NCBI RefSeq assembly: GCF_032444005.1
Contig: NC_091291.1
Span: 137,020,001 to 137,084,000, forward strand
Direction of reading: 5' to 3'
DNA length: 64,000 nt
DNA from: Ranitomeya imitator
Lineage: Eukaryota
In this document: one piece after another, positions 1-12,300 of the stretch
Numbering within the stretch: the first letter of the stretch is position 1
Layout: each line of letters begins with the position of its first letter
Program-made: the position numbers and the translations under genes
The notes under the pieces: generated by a model
Told to the model about the DNA's origin: nothing
Database searches by the model: none
Seen by the model: only the letters and a program-made list of their open reading frames with translations

Positions 1-2099
1 GGTAAGACCCAGAAAGAAATTTCTCAACAAATAGGCTGTTCCCAGAGTGCTGTATCAAGGCACCTCAATGGTAAGTCTGTTGGAAGGAAACAATGTGGCA
101 GAAAACGCTGTACAACGAGAAGAGGAGACCGGACCCTGAGGAAGATTGTGGAGAAGGACCGATTCCAGACCTTGGGGAACCTGAGGAAGCAGTGGACTGA
201 GTCTGGTGTGGAAACATCCAGAGCCACCGTGCACAGGCGTGTGCAGGAAATGGGCTACAGGTGCCGCATTCCCCAGGTAAAGCCACTTTTGAACCATAAA
301 CCGCGGCAGAGGCGCCTGACCTGGGCTACAGAGAAGCAGCACTGGACTGTTGCTAAGTGGTCCCAAGTACTTTTTTCTGATGAAAGCAAATTAGTAACAT
401 AGTAACATAGTTAGTAAGGCCGAAAAAAGACATTTGTCCATCCAGTTCAGCCTATATTCCATCATAATAAATCCCCAGATCTACGTCCTTCTACAGAACC
501 TAATAATTGTATGATACAATATTGTTCTGCTCCAGGAAGACATCCAGGCCTCTCTTGAACCCCTCGACTGAGTTCGCCATCACCACCTCCTCAGGCAAGC
601 AATTCCAGATTCTCACTGCCCTAACAGTAAAGAATCCTCTTCTATGTTGGTGGAAAAACCTTCTCTCCTCCAGACGCAAAGAATGCCCCCTTGTGCCCGT
701 CACCTTCCTTGGTATAAACAGATCCCCAGCGAGATATTTGTATTGTCCCCTTATATACTTATACATGGTTATTAGATCGCCCCTCAGTCGTCTTTTTTCT
801 AGACTAAATAATCCTAATTTCGCTAATCTATCTGGGTATTGTAGTTCTCCCATCCCTCTTATTAATTTTGTTGCCCTCCTTTGTACTCTCTCTAGTTCCA
901 TTATATCCTTCCTGAACACCGGTGCCCAAAACTGGACACAGTACTCCATGTGCGGTCTAACTAGGGATTTGTACAGAGGCAGTATAATGCTCTCATCATG
1001 TGTATCCAGACCTCTTTTAATGCACCCCATGATCCTGTTTGCCTTGGCAGCTGCTGCCTGGCACTGGCTGCTCCAGGTAAGTTTATCATTAACTAGGATC
1101 CCCAAGTCCTTCTCCCTGTCAGATTTACCCAGTGGTTTCCCGTTCAGTGTGTAATGGTGATATTGATTCCCTCTTCCCATGTGTATAACCTTACATTTAT
1201 CATTGTTAAACCTCATCTGCCACCTTTCAGCCCAAGTTTCCAACTTATCCAGATCCATCTGTAGCAAATTTTGCATGTCATTCGGAAATCAAGGTGCCAG
1301 AGTCTGGAGGAAGACTGGGGAGAAGGAAATGCCAAAATGCCTGAAGTCCAGTGTCAAGTACCCACAGTCAGTGATGGTGTGGGGTGCCATGTCAGCTGCT
1401 GGTGTTGGTCCACTGTGTTTCATCAAGGGCAGGGTCAATGCAGCTAGCTATCAGGAGATTTTGGAGCACTTCATGCTTCCATCGGCTGAAATGCTTTATG
1501 GAGATGAAGATTTCATTTTTCAGCACGACCTGGCAACTGCTCACAGTGCCAAAACCACTGGTAAATGGTTTACTGACCATGGTATTACTGTGCTCAATTG
1601 GCCTGCCAACTCTCCTGACCTGAACCCCATAGAGAATCTGTGGGATATTGTGAAGAGAAAGTTGAGAGATGCAAGACCCAACACTCTGGATGAGCTTAAG
1701 GCCGCTATTGAAGCATCCTGGGCCTCCATAACATCTCAGCAGTGTCACAGGCTGATTGCCTCCATGCCACGCCGCATTGAAGCAGTCATTTCTGCTAAAG
1801 GATTCCCGACCAAGTATTGAGTGCATAACTGAACATTATTATTTGATGTTTTTTTTTGTTTGTTATTAAAAAACACTTTTATTTGATTGGATGGGTGAAA
1901 TATGCTAATTTATTGAGACAGGTTTTTTGGGTTATCAGGAGTTGTATGCCAAAATCATCAGTATTAAAACAATAAAAGACCTGACAAATTTCAGTTGGTG
2001 GATAATGAATCTATAATATATGAAAGTTTAATTGTAATCATTACATTATGGTAAATAATGAAATTTAACACTATATGCTAATTTTTTGAGAAGGACCTG
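1..2099 (+). mobile_element. Tc1/mariner DNA transposon (DD34E, IR/DR type), left end outside window, transposase interrupted by CR1 at 393-1262
   Basis: Frame +1 is open from base 1 (GKTQKEISQQIGCSQSAVSRHL...VLFSDESK) and resumes after the CR1 (FCMSFGNQG...FQHD-34 aa-NPIE...FPTKY, stop 1820). Right end ...TTTTGAGAAGGACCTG is followed by TA (2100-2101); an inner direct repeat TATGCTAATTT lies at ~1901. Confidence 0.95.
393..1262 (-). mobile_element. 5'-truncated CR1 LINE (RT C-terminus plus 3' tail) inserted in the Tc1 transposase
   Basis: ORF 500..1276 is a CR1 ORF2 C-terminus. (CTATGTTA)n tail at 393-410; 8-bp duplication AGCAAATT at 385-392 and 1263-1270; near-identical to the copy at 17206-18066. 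Confidence 0.95.
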
Positions 2100-2661
2100 T
2101 ATAAATTGCATATGCAAAGGAAAAAACACAGCAGTATACTGACCAACGCTAGGAGCCCCGCACCTGCCCCTACCCCTTTTTTTCAATTAATAAAAATATA
2201 TATTTTATTATTTTGGTTGTGTATTATGTTTATAGGTCTTATAATTACTCCAGTGGAGACACATCCTTTGGTAATAGTGAGTTGAATTTATACTCAAACA
2301 CATTGGCGTTGAATCCATAAGCCTTTTCTTTGGGGGTGGATCAGTGGGGGCTGGACCTTCTGACATTGGTTATCTCTACAGAAAACAATGGGATCTGATA
2401 GGTAAATATTTATCCTATTGAATTCCACTTCATTTGGTGGCCAGTATTGAGGGACTTTTCCCATAGATGGTTGATATATCCCCTAAACGTCAGCAGGTAC
2501 CCAATATCTATGGCCGGACTTGGGGCTGGGGGGGCACTCGATCCTTTTCTGGCCTTGGCAGCTCCGTTGCTTTTTCTGTTTTTGTAGTGAAGGTAATATA
2601 AGTATTATATCTCGTTGACCTCCATGTAGCAGATCGACAGGTGCACGTTCTTGCTCAGTTG

Positions 2662-2935
2662 CAGCACGCTGGCTCAGTGGTTAGCACAGCAGCACTGCAG
2701 CGCTGGAGTCCTGGGTTCAAACCCCACCAAGGACAACATCTGCAAAGAGTTTGTATGTTCTCTCCGTGTTTGCGTGGGTTTCCTCCGGGTTCTCCGGTTT
2801 CCTCCCACATTCCAAAGACATACTGATAGGGAATTTAGATTGTGAGCCTCAACGGGACAGCAATGATAATATGTGCAACCTGTAAAGCGCTGCGGAATAT
2901 GTTAGCGCTATATAAAAATAAAGATTATTATTATT
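2662..2935 (+). mobile_element. tRNA-derived V-SINE with L2-type 3' tail
   Basis: A-box-like GGCTCAGTGG (2671) and B-box GGGTTCAAACCC; V-domain-like GTTTGCGTGGGTTTCCTCCGGG...CCTCCCACA; tail TGTAAAGCGCTGCGGAATATGTTAGCGCTATA-AATAAA-(ATT)n; possible TSD AGTTG. Confidence 0.85.
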
Positions 2936-4728
2936 AGTTGTTGGTCTTTCGTGACATTTCATCTCTCGACTGTGAAAGGTAATTAATAGCTATGACTAGA
3001 GAAGGCGGGGGGAACTCATCAACTTTTCCCGAGGGCCATCAAGACTCATTAGATATTGAACCTTGTGATGAGCGACAGAGTCACAGCTTGTTGATTCAGC
3101 TTCAAATCTTCCTTAAAGCAAGTGACACTAGAAAGACGAAGTAGCTGGTGGGAGCGATACCATCGTAGCTTTGCCTGTTATTGGATTGGCACAAAAATGG
3201 TCACAAAATGCAAAATAATTGGGTGTTCCTGGTCAGCACCCCTCTAGTCCAGCTTTAATTTTACAGTAAGCTATCCTTTACGTAAGTTGTATAATTGCCT
3301 TATATTGGATTGTGTGGTGAAGATTTGTACCCCCCATTCATGTGTGCGATCTCCCATAAATCTGGAGAATTCTGGGAATGGTAGCCTTAGCTGCTCGGTC
3401 CTCTAACTCCTTCAGAAAGGAAGAGGACTTGAACTCTAGTGCCGCCTGTTCAATATAGCAATCCTAAAAATCAATATTGACACACTGACGAGCTTTGTAG
3501 TCGCGTGTTTCAGGGTGTTGCACCTCTACAGTGCGAAGGAGCATTGCACGGCCTATAAGTCTCTTTACACTGGCATGTCACTCTAAAGGAGTAATATTTC
3601 TCCTGGTGGAAACGCCAAAGTCACTGCACTTTTTTCCCTACTCTCTGCACTTTGTCAGGCTTTATAGAGTTGTGTACCTGCAGGAAGCTGCAGCTGCCGT
3701 TTTCAGCCTGTAGGAAGGTCAGATTGGCGGCTTATTTCTTACCTTGTATAAGATGTGACATGAACTGGATTTTTTTCATCCATGGACTGGTTGTATCAAG
3801 TTACTTAGTTATTAACCATCCATGGAATAGGTGGTGCCTTATTACTAACCCTGCAAAGCCATGTCTCAATGGAGTCATAGTCAGGAATACACACTAACTA
3901 CAGGAGATAGCCCAAGTACAGTGCTCGGTAGGGGTGGACATACTATTTGTGCAACCTGGTCCCAAGAGGAACAGTGGTCAGTAACCTCTCCAAAGCAGGT
4001 GGAATTGTGTATTGTGATGAGTTATGGGACTGCAATGGGCCCCTATGTTTCTCCTGCACCGAGGCCACTTGGGTCTGTGGTGTTCAGCTACATTAAACAG
4101 TCCAATTAGCAATAAATGGAGCAGAGGTGCGCGTGCTTGATGGCCACTCTATTCAGGCAGGCTTTGTACAATCCGTTCCTGGAATGAGCAAGTTATCACC
4201 TGTTCTATGGAAAGGTAAAAAGATGACTTTCTGACTTGGTACAAAGCCTCTGAACTTTTTGATTTGAATAGGAAATACATTACTTAATAGGTAAATTAAG
4301 CTAAATCACGGGAGAGCGGAATACTGGACCTGCAGGTTCTGTAACAGGCACCATCAGGCTGCATATAAATGGCCACTATTACTAGTCGAGGGGTTCAGTA
4401 GGTTGAGGGTATAAGCTTTTTATTTTGGTTTGGAATATTCCTTTAAATCAATCAGTGTACATTTGCTCTTTCCACATGTAGCCTCAACATTATCTCCGCT
4501 CAGCGTCCCGTCCGGCTACTGGTAACAGTCTCTGATCCTATAGATTCATGTACATTCTCCAGTAACGTGTGATGGTCTTGCTGCTTTCGGTGCCTCGTCG
4601 TTTCTAAGTTAAAATTGGATTTTAAGCAACTTCCTGATATAATTTGGGGAGATTCAGTTTAATAAGAACAGGGGACATCTCCAGAATGTGGGGGCCCACA
4701 TTATATGTGAAGTATTACTGCTTGTTAA

Positions 4729-4966
4729 GGCCCCCATACACATTACACTTGAGTCTGATAAACTTGCCAATATCGACTGGTGCAGCTGACTGTCTAATGT
4801 TTATGGAGCACCGGCCGACTGATGATCGGGGGAGATGATCACACGTCCGATTTTGGGACTGTTGATCACATTGTTCTCCCAAAGATAAGTCGCTAATAAG
4901 TGGGTGACTTTCTCATAGGGAACATTGGAGCACTCGGCCGACCACCATCTAATATGTATGGCTGGC
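4729..4966. mobile_element. Degenerate Harbinger-type MITE
   Basis: TIR GGCCCCCATACACATTA / TAATATGTATGGCTGGC (imperfect), flanked by TAA/TTAA. Confidence 0.5.
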
Positions 4967-5479
4967 TTAACTGCTATGTGTTGCCCTGTGTTAGATCTCT
5001 ATGTGCTTTCTATTCACTGCTAAACTGAGTTTTATCTCATTTATGGAGACAACTCTGTGTTATTAAAGGGGTTGTCCATGATAAGAAAGACATGGCTGCT
5101 TTTTTTTTTCAAGAAAAACAGCACCACTGTCTATAGGTCATATTTGGTATTGCACCTCAGCCCTATACTCTTTTATTACAGCTGAGCTACCAGTAACAAC
5201 CCATAAACATTTTCTGAAAAAAGTTGCAATGTTTTTCTATCACTGTACCACCCCTTGTAACTTTAAAGAGTCATCCAACTTTTATAAAATGAGCAACCAA
5301 TATATTAAAATACTAAAAAAAAAAAAAAAAAAAAAAGCACTAATCATCTCTTCTTTTTACCACTGATCAAGCACAGGTGCACCTGTGGTACTCCCAGTAC
5401 TTGACTACATCCAGCTGGAACAAGACTGCTGCAGCCAATCAGTGGCTTCAGAGATCCCATTTTGTACATTGGTGGTGAT

Positions 5480-5789
5480 TAGTGATGAGCGAATATACTC
5501 GTTACTCAAGATTTCTCGAGCACGCTCGGGTGACCTCCGAGTATTTTTTAGTGCTCGGAGATTTAGTTTTTGTTGCTGCAGCTGAATGATTTACATCTGT
5601 TAGCCAGCATAAGTACATGTGGGGGTTGCCTGGTTGCTAGGGAATCCCACATATACTTATGCTGGCTAACAGATGTAAATCATTCAGCTGCGGCAAGAAA
5701 AACTAAATCTCCGAGCACTAAAAAATACTCGGAGGACCCCCGAGCATGCTCGAGAAATCTCGAATAGCGAGTATATTCGCTCATCACTA
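5480..5789. mobile_element. hAT-type MITE (near-perfect 310-bp palindrome)
   Basis: TIR TAGTGATGAGCGAATATACTCG / CGAGTATATTCGCTCATCACTA; 8-bp TSD GTGGTGAT (5472-5479) / GTGGCGAT (5790-5797), one mismatch. Confidence 0.85.
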
Positions 5790-6142
5790 GTGGCGATGCC
5801 AGTAGTGGTATTCATTGCTGTCACTGATTGTCTGCAGCGGTCACTTACTGACCACTGAGTCAGTGCTGGATTGACAGGGGATAGAATCAGTGAGCAGAGT
5901 TTCTAAGGTCTGTAGAAAGTTTGTATACACTTTTCTTTTTAAAGTTGGATATCCCTTTAATACCTTTTTTTCATTCAGAAAGATGACAACACAAACCCTT
6001 ATTGCTGATCGACGCTTTTGGTTTAATATGAAGTCTACGATCAGAGACCGCAGAGAGACAATGTACAGTTATATACAGTCCTGTTTCGCTCACACACAAT
6101 CTATAAATTATAAAACACCTGGTCGCTCTCTGCAGCTGGTAA

Positions 6143-6340
6143 CTAGCAGAGGGTGAACGTCTTCCAGTAGAAGTTTTTGCAGGGAGCTTTCCGCTCACGA
6201 GGAAACTTCAAGGAGGGGATCAGCTTGGTGTCGAGGTTGTCGGGGGCCCCTCTTTCCACCTCTAGGGAATTATTCTCTGTGCTGTCCGTCCATCCAGAGA
6301 GCAACTTCAGCAGGAGATCTTCCTGGATTTTACCCAGGTC
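6143..6340 (-). CDS. CORT: SST2/CORT exon 2 (prohormone plus mature SS-14 variant)
   Basis: Acceptor cctgtcctag|GAC; 65 codons plus TAG; mature peptide at 6146-6187. Candidate ATTAAA polyA signal at 6022-6027. Confidence 0.95.
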   Translation of the reverse strand, partial: DLGKIQEDLLLKLLSGWTDSTENNSLEVERGAPDNLDTKLIPSLKFPRERKAPCKNFYWKTFTLC

Positions 6341-9300
6341 CTAGGACAGGAGAAAGGTTATTACCAGGTGAAATGTAAATTTAAAAGGGCTTCTGTCCAT
6401 AGGGCGTCTGGGATTGTAGTTCAGTCCCACTCAGGCTGCAATACCAGACACAGAGATGGATAAGGAGTCTACACACTGAGGTAGAGAAAAACAAAGTGCT
6501 CAACCATAGTGTGTTCAGGGTCAAGCTTCTAAATGTTGTAACAATATCTCAAGGAAGCATGGATCATGGCATTCGTTATTTAAAAAAAAAAAAATGTGAG
6601 GGTAGGATGAAGGCCCCTGCAGTGTCATTGTGTACTCTCATCGCTGGCTCCTGTCTGCAGCTGCCTCTCTGGCTCCTGTCTGCAGCTGCCTCTCTGGCTC
6701 CTTTTGATGAGCGCACACACTGGCATTGAGCTCTACTGTGGAAGTGCAGAGCCACTGATTGACAGTGTTGCCTGCATTCAATCACTGTATGTCAGCATGC
6801 CCGTGGCAAGGGTGCACCAAAGCCTCCAATGCATGCAAAATATTTATTTCTTCTAGCAACTAAAATTTATTCTACATGTATGATATTTACAGGGACTGAG
6901 TCACCTACATACCTGTTTAACTGGTTTTAGACTTTTGGATGTGATTAAAGTTTAAAGGGAGTCAAAGGGGTTTTCCACTACTCGGACAACCCCTTCTGAA
7001 TCCTATGATTTCCCCCAGTAAAATAATAACACTTATACTCCCCACCGGTGCCGTTACAGCAGTGTTGGTACTGGCTTTCCCCAGGGCTCACCTGACATAA
7101 TGGTGTCCGTACTGGAGGTGAGTATAGGTGTTACTATATTACTGGGGGCAAACAAGGGATTGAGAAGGGATTGCGGAGTAGTGGACATCTCCTTTCAGCT
7201 CTGGATCTTCTGTCATTTTCAAATCTACTTTGGATTTCCATTCCTTTCAATTCCAATACAATTTGTTAGCCCTCTGCTTGTTGTCGGTGAATGTTAACAC
7301 TTTTTTCCGTTTAGTAGTAGTAACCCTCTACATATCTAGCACTGCTCAATTGTATCCACTATAGACCATGCTCTGTGAGGGAAACATCCTGGAATCCAGA
7401 TTGATACATTGTAACAAACTAGCAGAGGGATTCCTGCAGTTTCTGCTGATGGTTGTCTAGACTGATACTATTATAACCACTACTCAGCTGAGAGCAGGAC
7501 TCTAGCTATAGCTATACATAGGTTTGCTGCCTTTGAATGGATACAAGGGTTTTTTCATTCACTGACTTCAAAAACATAATTTTAAATTTCTTTAACACAA
7601 AGTCTAGAAAAAAGTTTTTGAATTTTATATGATGGCGATGAAAACTTTAATTATCTAAACTCCAGAAACCCCTGTCCGACATTTGAAGAACCAGTTTCTT
7701 GCTGTTTTGGAGGGTGTGAGACGTCTCGAGATCTCTTTATCTGGATGCTTTATGCAGCAATTAGTTGCAGATGTCCCTGTTTCTGTATAATGGTCTCAAT
7801 TTCACAATATAAACCCGACATTGTGGTTTACATTAACGGGAGTCAATTAACCGCATGTCGGGCTTGCCTCCGACAGATGCGCTAATCGACTACCAGCTGT
7901 TAATGCTCCACACCTCAAATTATCTGCATCACCCCAGAGATGGAGATGTGTGATAGCAAAGTGCAAAATGAGTCACTGCGTTATCGTGCGTTCATTATTC
8001 GATTACCAGGGGGCTCATTGCAATTACTAAGCACTTTATAATGGGAATGGAATATGATGGCTAATGTAGTATCAGCAAAAGCGGGGAGAATAGGTAGAGT
8101 GCGTGTAGCATGGCCTGTGATCAGATTATAGACCCACACAGCACAGAGCCTTAGGGAACAAATTACTTTTAGAAGAATTAGGGAGTAATTATAGGTTCCA
8201 TACCATCTATGGCAAATAGGTTGAAACGCCGTGGCATATTTGGTGGTATTACACTTTTCTCCACTAGGTGGCAATGTAAGATGCATTTTTGGTGGTATAA
8301 TGTGTCCTACACTTGTTGGCCACTAGGTGGCACTGCAGTGGTATATTTTGTGAAGCAATACTGATCCCACATCACATAGTGAATAACTGGCAAATTAGAG
8401 GCATGTATGTTTGTAACAGACATGATCAATGCCCACTATGACCATTGGAAATTAATATTATAGATAATTTGGACATTCATCCCATTGTACCAATCTGATT
8501 TAAATGTATTCAGCTCCATTGCATCAAGCTTCTTCAGTTGTAGATATCCACATACCTATAATACTTTTGAGTTATCTTTATCTTTAATAAGAAAAAATAC
8601 ATAAAGCAATTCTTACACATAAAATAGGTCCCTCCAGAAAAAAAAGGTCTGTAAAATTAAATTACCGAAATATAACCATGCAATCATCCAATGATGATGA
8701 AAAACATACACAGTACCACATTGAACACTCTGCTCCTAGCTTATCTTCACCTTTTCAGTATTGGTTTCCATTAATGTACAGCACAATACATATGGTACTG
8801 CAATGGGGTCATACTTAACCCCTACCCAGGAATATGAGACAAGTAACCTAAAACTTGAAATATTTACTGAAATGTATGACTCTGGATCCAAAGAGAATCA
8901 ACTTTGCTGCCACAAGCCAAACTTCATTACTTGGCACTTGTACACCTCAGTCTTGAACTATTTCAGTATCCCTTTTATTCCAATGTTTTTCATGGCTGTA
9001 GGAAGTAGGACCCTGCATAGGTTATCCTGGAAGAAAAATGGGGCCACTGAGACCGAACATTCCCTTTCCCATTTCCAATGCACAGCAATAATAGATATAT
9101 AAGGGAACCGTCATAATTTTATGGATGCTGGTGCAATTTGCAAAGTAGTTTCCAGATATGTATCAATCAGATTAAATACAAATTCCACAGGGCACAACCC
9201 TCTAAAGTCCGTTTGTAGAAAAGCTGGGTGCAGATCACTATCATATTAAAGGGTGCTCTCATCTTAAACCTTTGCCCACAGGATATGCCATAAATATCTG

Positions 9301-12300
9301 ATAGATAAGGGTCTCTGTTTTAAGAGGGGGGGTTCTGTCCCGTGGTACTATCCCTAGATAAGTGTCCTCCCACATGTGACTTTTCCTATTCATTTGGAAT
9401 GAATAAAAGTGCTTGCTTGGCAATTTTCAAAACCTCTGGGTTTAATGGAAGATGTTTCTTCACTTTTTCCAGGGTTGTGAGGGACTGCTTGGACTCATTA
9501 GGCAGCCATATAGGAGCAGGGCATATAACATCCCATCATCCAGCCTTCCCAGGAAGTATGACTCTACTCTGACCTCCTGAACAGTACAGCATCTATTTCA
9601 CTTTTTCAGGTAGGAGATTTCAATCGATTTCTATCATAACCAATTCATTCATCAATTTCTTATCACACCGTTGTCCCTAATGTCACTGGGAAAATCTTAT
9701 CTGCAAATGATCTTATCGATTAGCTCTGTTATTGTGTATGGACTGAGGATGATTAGCGATGTGCAAGACTGGGGGCATAATTACCCTTGCTAGATCTTGT
9801 AAAGAAGGGCTTAAGGGTATGTGCACACGTTCAGGTTTTTCAAACTCATTAAAAACGCATACAGTATGCATCCTATCATTTAGAATGCATTCTGCAATTT
9901 TTGTGCACATGATGTGTTTTTTTCCGCGAAAAAAACGCATCGCGGTAAAAAAAGCAGCATGTTCATTAATTTTGTGGGTTTTTTTCGTGTTTTCCCACTA
10001 TTCTATGCATTTGGAAAAAAATGCATCAAAAACGCGCAAAAAAACGCATCAAAAACGCGTAAAAACGCATGCGGATTTCTGGCAGAAATGTCAGTTTTTT
10101 TGTCAGCAAAATTTCTGCCAGAAATCCTGACGTGTGCACATAGCCTAAAGGGCGATTTCTCTGTAAAATGATGGAGCCCAACCTAGTCCTACAGGTTATC
10201 CATTCTGTCAGATAACTTGGGCTTCCTGGACTCAAATGGACAATCTGTACCCCCACTTACCATGTGCCGTTTGATTCTGGTGGCCCTTCTGTGGACAAAT
10301 GACCTATGCCCCTCCTTCCAGGCACCAGTTGTGATGGCTACCTCTGTACCCCCTATAGCTACGGCTCTGCAGCCCTACCTGTTCAGAAGTAATCAGTTCC
10401 CCATTATTAGTTTCACGCTCCTTTGTCGAAAAGTCCCAATGATTGAAATCTCCAATGAGCCCTAAAGGGGGTTTAGTTCTAGACCCAGAACGTCCAGGAT
10501 GATGGCAGTAGATAAGGGGATATAGAATTCATAGCCATGAGTCTGACCAGACGTGTCTGACCATCTTAGAAATTGCATTTTTAAATTGCAGTTTTTTAAT
10601 TGCTATGAATTAGACTAGAATTCCATGGGGCATTTGAGCATTCATCACTGCTGTACTTTCATCATCCTCATCACCACCTGTATCCTCTAATCAAGCTGTT
10701 TTGTCTACCCACAGGTATGCTGCTGTCCATCTACTCTGCCTTTCCTGCAATGTGTGTTTATGTGAACTGCATATAATTCCCACCTGGTATGCTTTGCTTA
10801 CCCATTGTTTTCTATCCATTCGTATTTCACTTCCCTTGCTTCTTGCTTGCATACCTGAGTGGCCATCTACCCCACCCCCTCTTTATGACCTGGCTTAACT
10901 GTGAACATGTGCTCTAGACACACACGCCCACATCCTCCCTCTCAGCTGTGAGCCCTTAGGTGCCCATAAATTCATAGCCATGAGTCTGACCAGACGTGTC
11001 TGACCATCTTAGAAATTGCATTTTTAAATTGCTATGAATTAGACTAGAATTGGACTGGAAGGTAAAGGAATAGAAAACCACTATAATGTTTCGGTTTCTT
11101 TTCACATTCACCCCCATACTACTCTATTTCTTCCTATCTCCTGTAGTCCCTCCACCCAGTAAAGAACTAGTCATTTCTCCCTCCATCCTCCCCAGTCATC
11201 TCACCTCCTCCACAGAACTATTCCTCCACATACAATCCTTTCTCGCCAGGCACACACGGCCACATCATGACCTATCCAGCTCACACCTTCTAACGCTCTG
11301 TCTGCTGCTCCTCATTGCTGGCGACATATCCCCAAATCCTGGCCCTCCTCATCACATCCCCACATTCATTTCTAATCCCCTGCCACGATCCTCTACACGT
11401 CCTCGCAACCACAGTAACCTCATACCCATTCATCCTGCCCCCACTCCCCCAATTTCCCTATCTGGAGCACTATGGAACGCACGCTCTGTCTGCAATAAAC
11501 TTCCATTTATCCATGACCTCTTTATCAATAACAAACTCTCCTTCCTCGGCATCACTGAAACCTGGCTCACCCCTTCTGACACAGCCTCCCCTGCGGCACT
11601 CTCTTACGGTGGCTTCCACCTTTCTCACACACCCCGCCCCAGCAGCAAGCATGGCGGAGGAGTTGGTTTTCTCCTGTCAGATAACTGCTCCTTCACCCCA
11701 ATCCCACTGCCACCCTCTGTTATCCTCCCTTCCTTTGAGGTGCACTCTGTGCGCATCTACTCCCCCTCCAACCTCCAACTGGCTGTCATCTACCGTCCCC
11801 CAGGGCCAGCCACCACCTTCTTCGACCACTTCACCACCTGGCTACTCCACTTCCTCGCCGCTGACATCCCCACTATCATCATGGGCGACTTCAACATCCC
11901 CATTGACACTTCCCTCTCAGCTGCCACTAAACTTCTATCTCTCACTTCCTCCTTTGGCCTCACTCAATGGTCTTCTACAGCCACCCACAAAGATGGTCAC
12001 ACACTGGACCTCATTCTCACCCGCCTCTGCTCCCTATCTAACCTCTCAAACTCACCTCTTCCTCTTTCTGACCACAACCTACTTACATTCTCTTCCCTTT
12101 CCACTCCTTGTCTACAACCCCCACCCCACAAACTCTCACACCCTCGCAGAAATCTTAAACACCTTGATCTTCACTCACTCTCTGAATCCCTCCTCCCTCT
12201 CACAGACATAAGCTCCCTACACAATGCGGATGATGCTGCCGCTCTATATAACACCACAATAGCTGCAGCTTTGGAATCTCTTGCCCCTCTCACACATACC

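Noticed and set aside
507-1154. 215-aa plus-strand ORF, and its twin at 17316..17963
   Set aside because: Antisense shadow of the CR1 RT coding sequence; recurs with each CR1 copy.
2455-2500. Very degenerate hammerhead-like string (CCATAGATGG...CCCTAAACGTC)
   Set aside because: Both CUGANGA and GAAA cores are broken and stem II is not convincing.
2662-2740. tRNA-like A/B boxes (also at 43090-43154)
   Set aside because: No cloverleaf or anticodon arm; they are SINE heads continuing into V-domain and L2-type tails.
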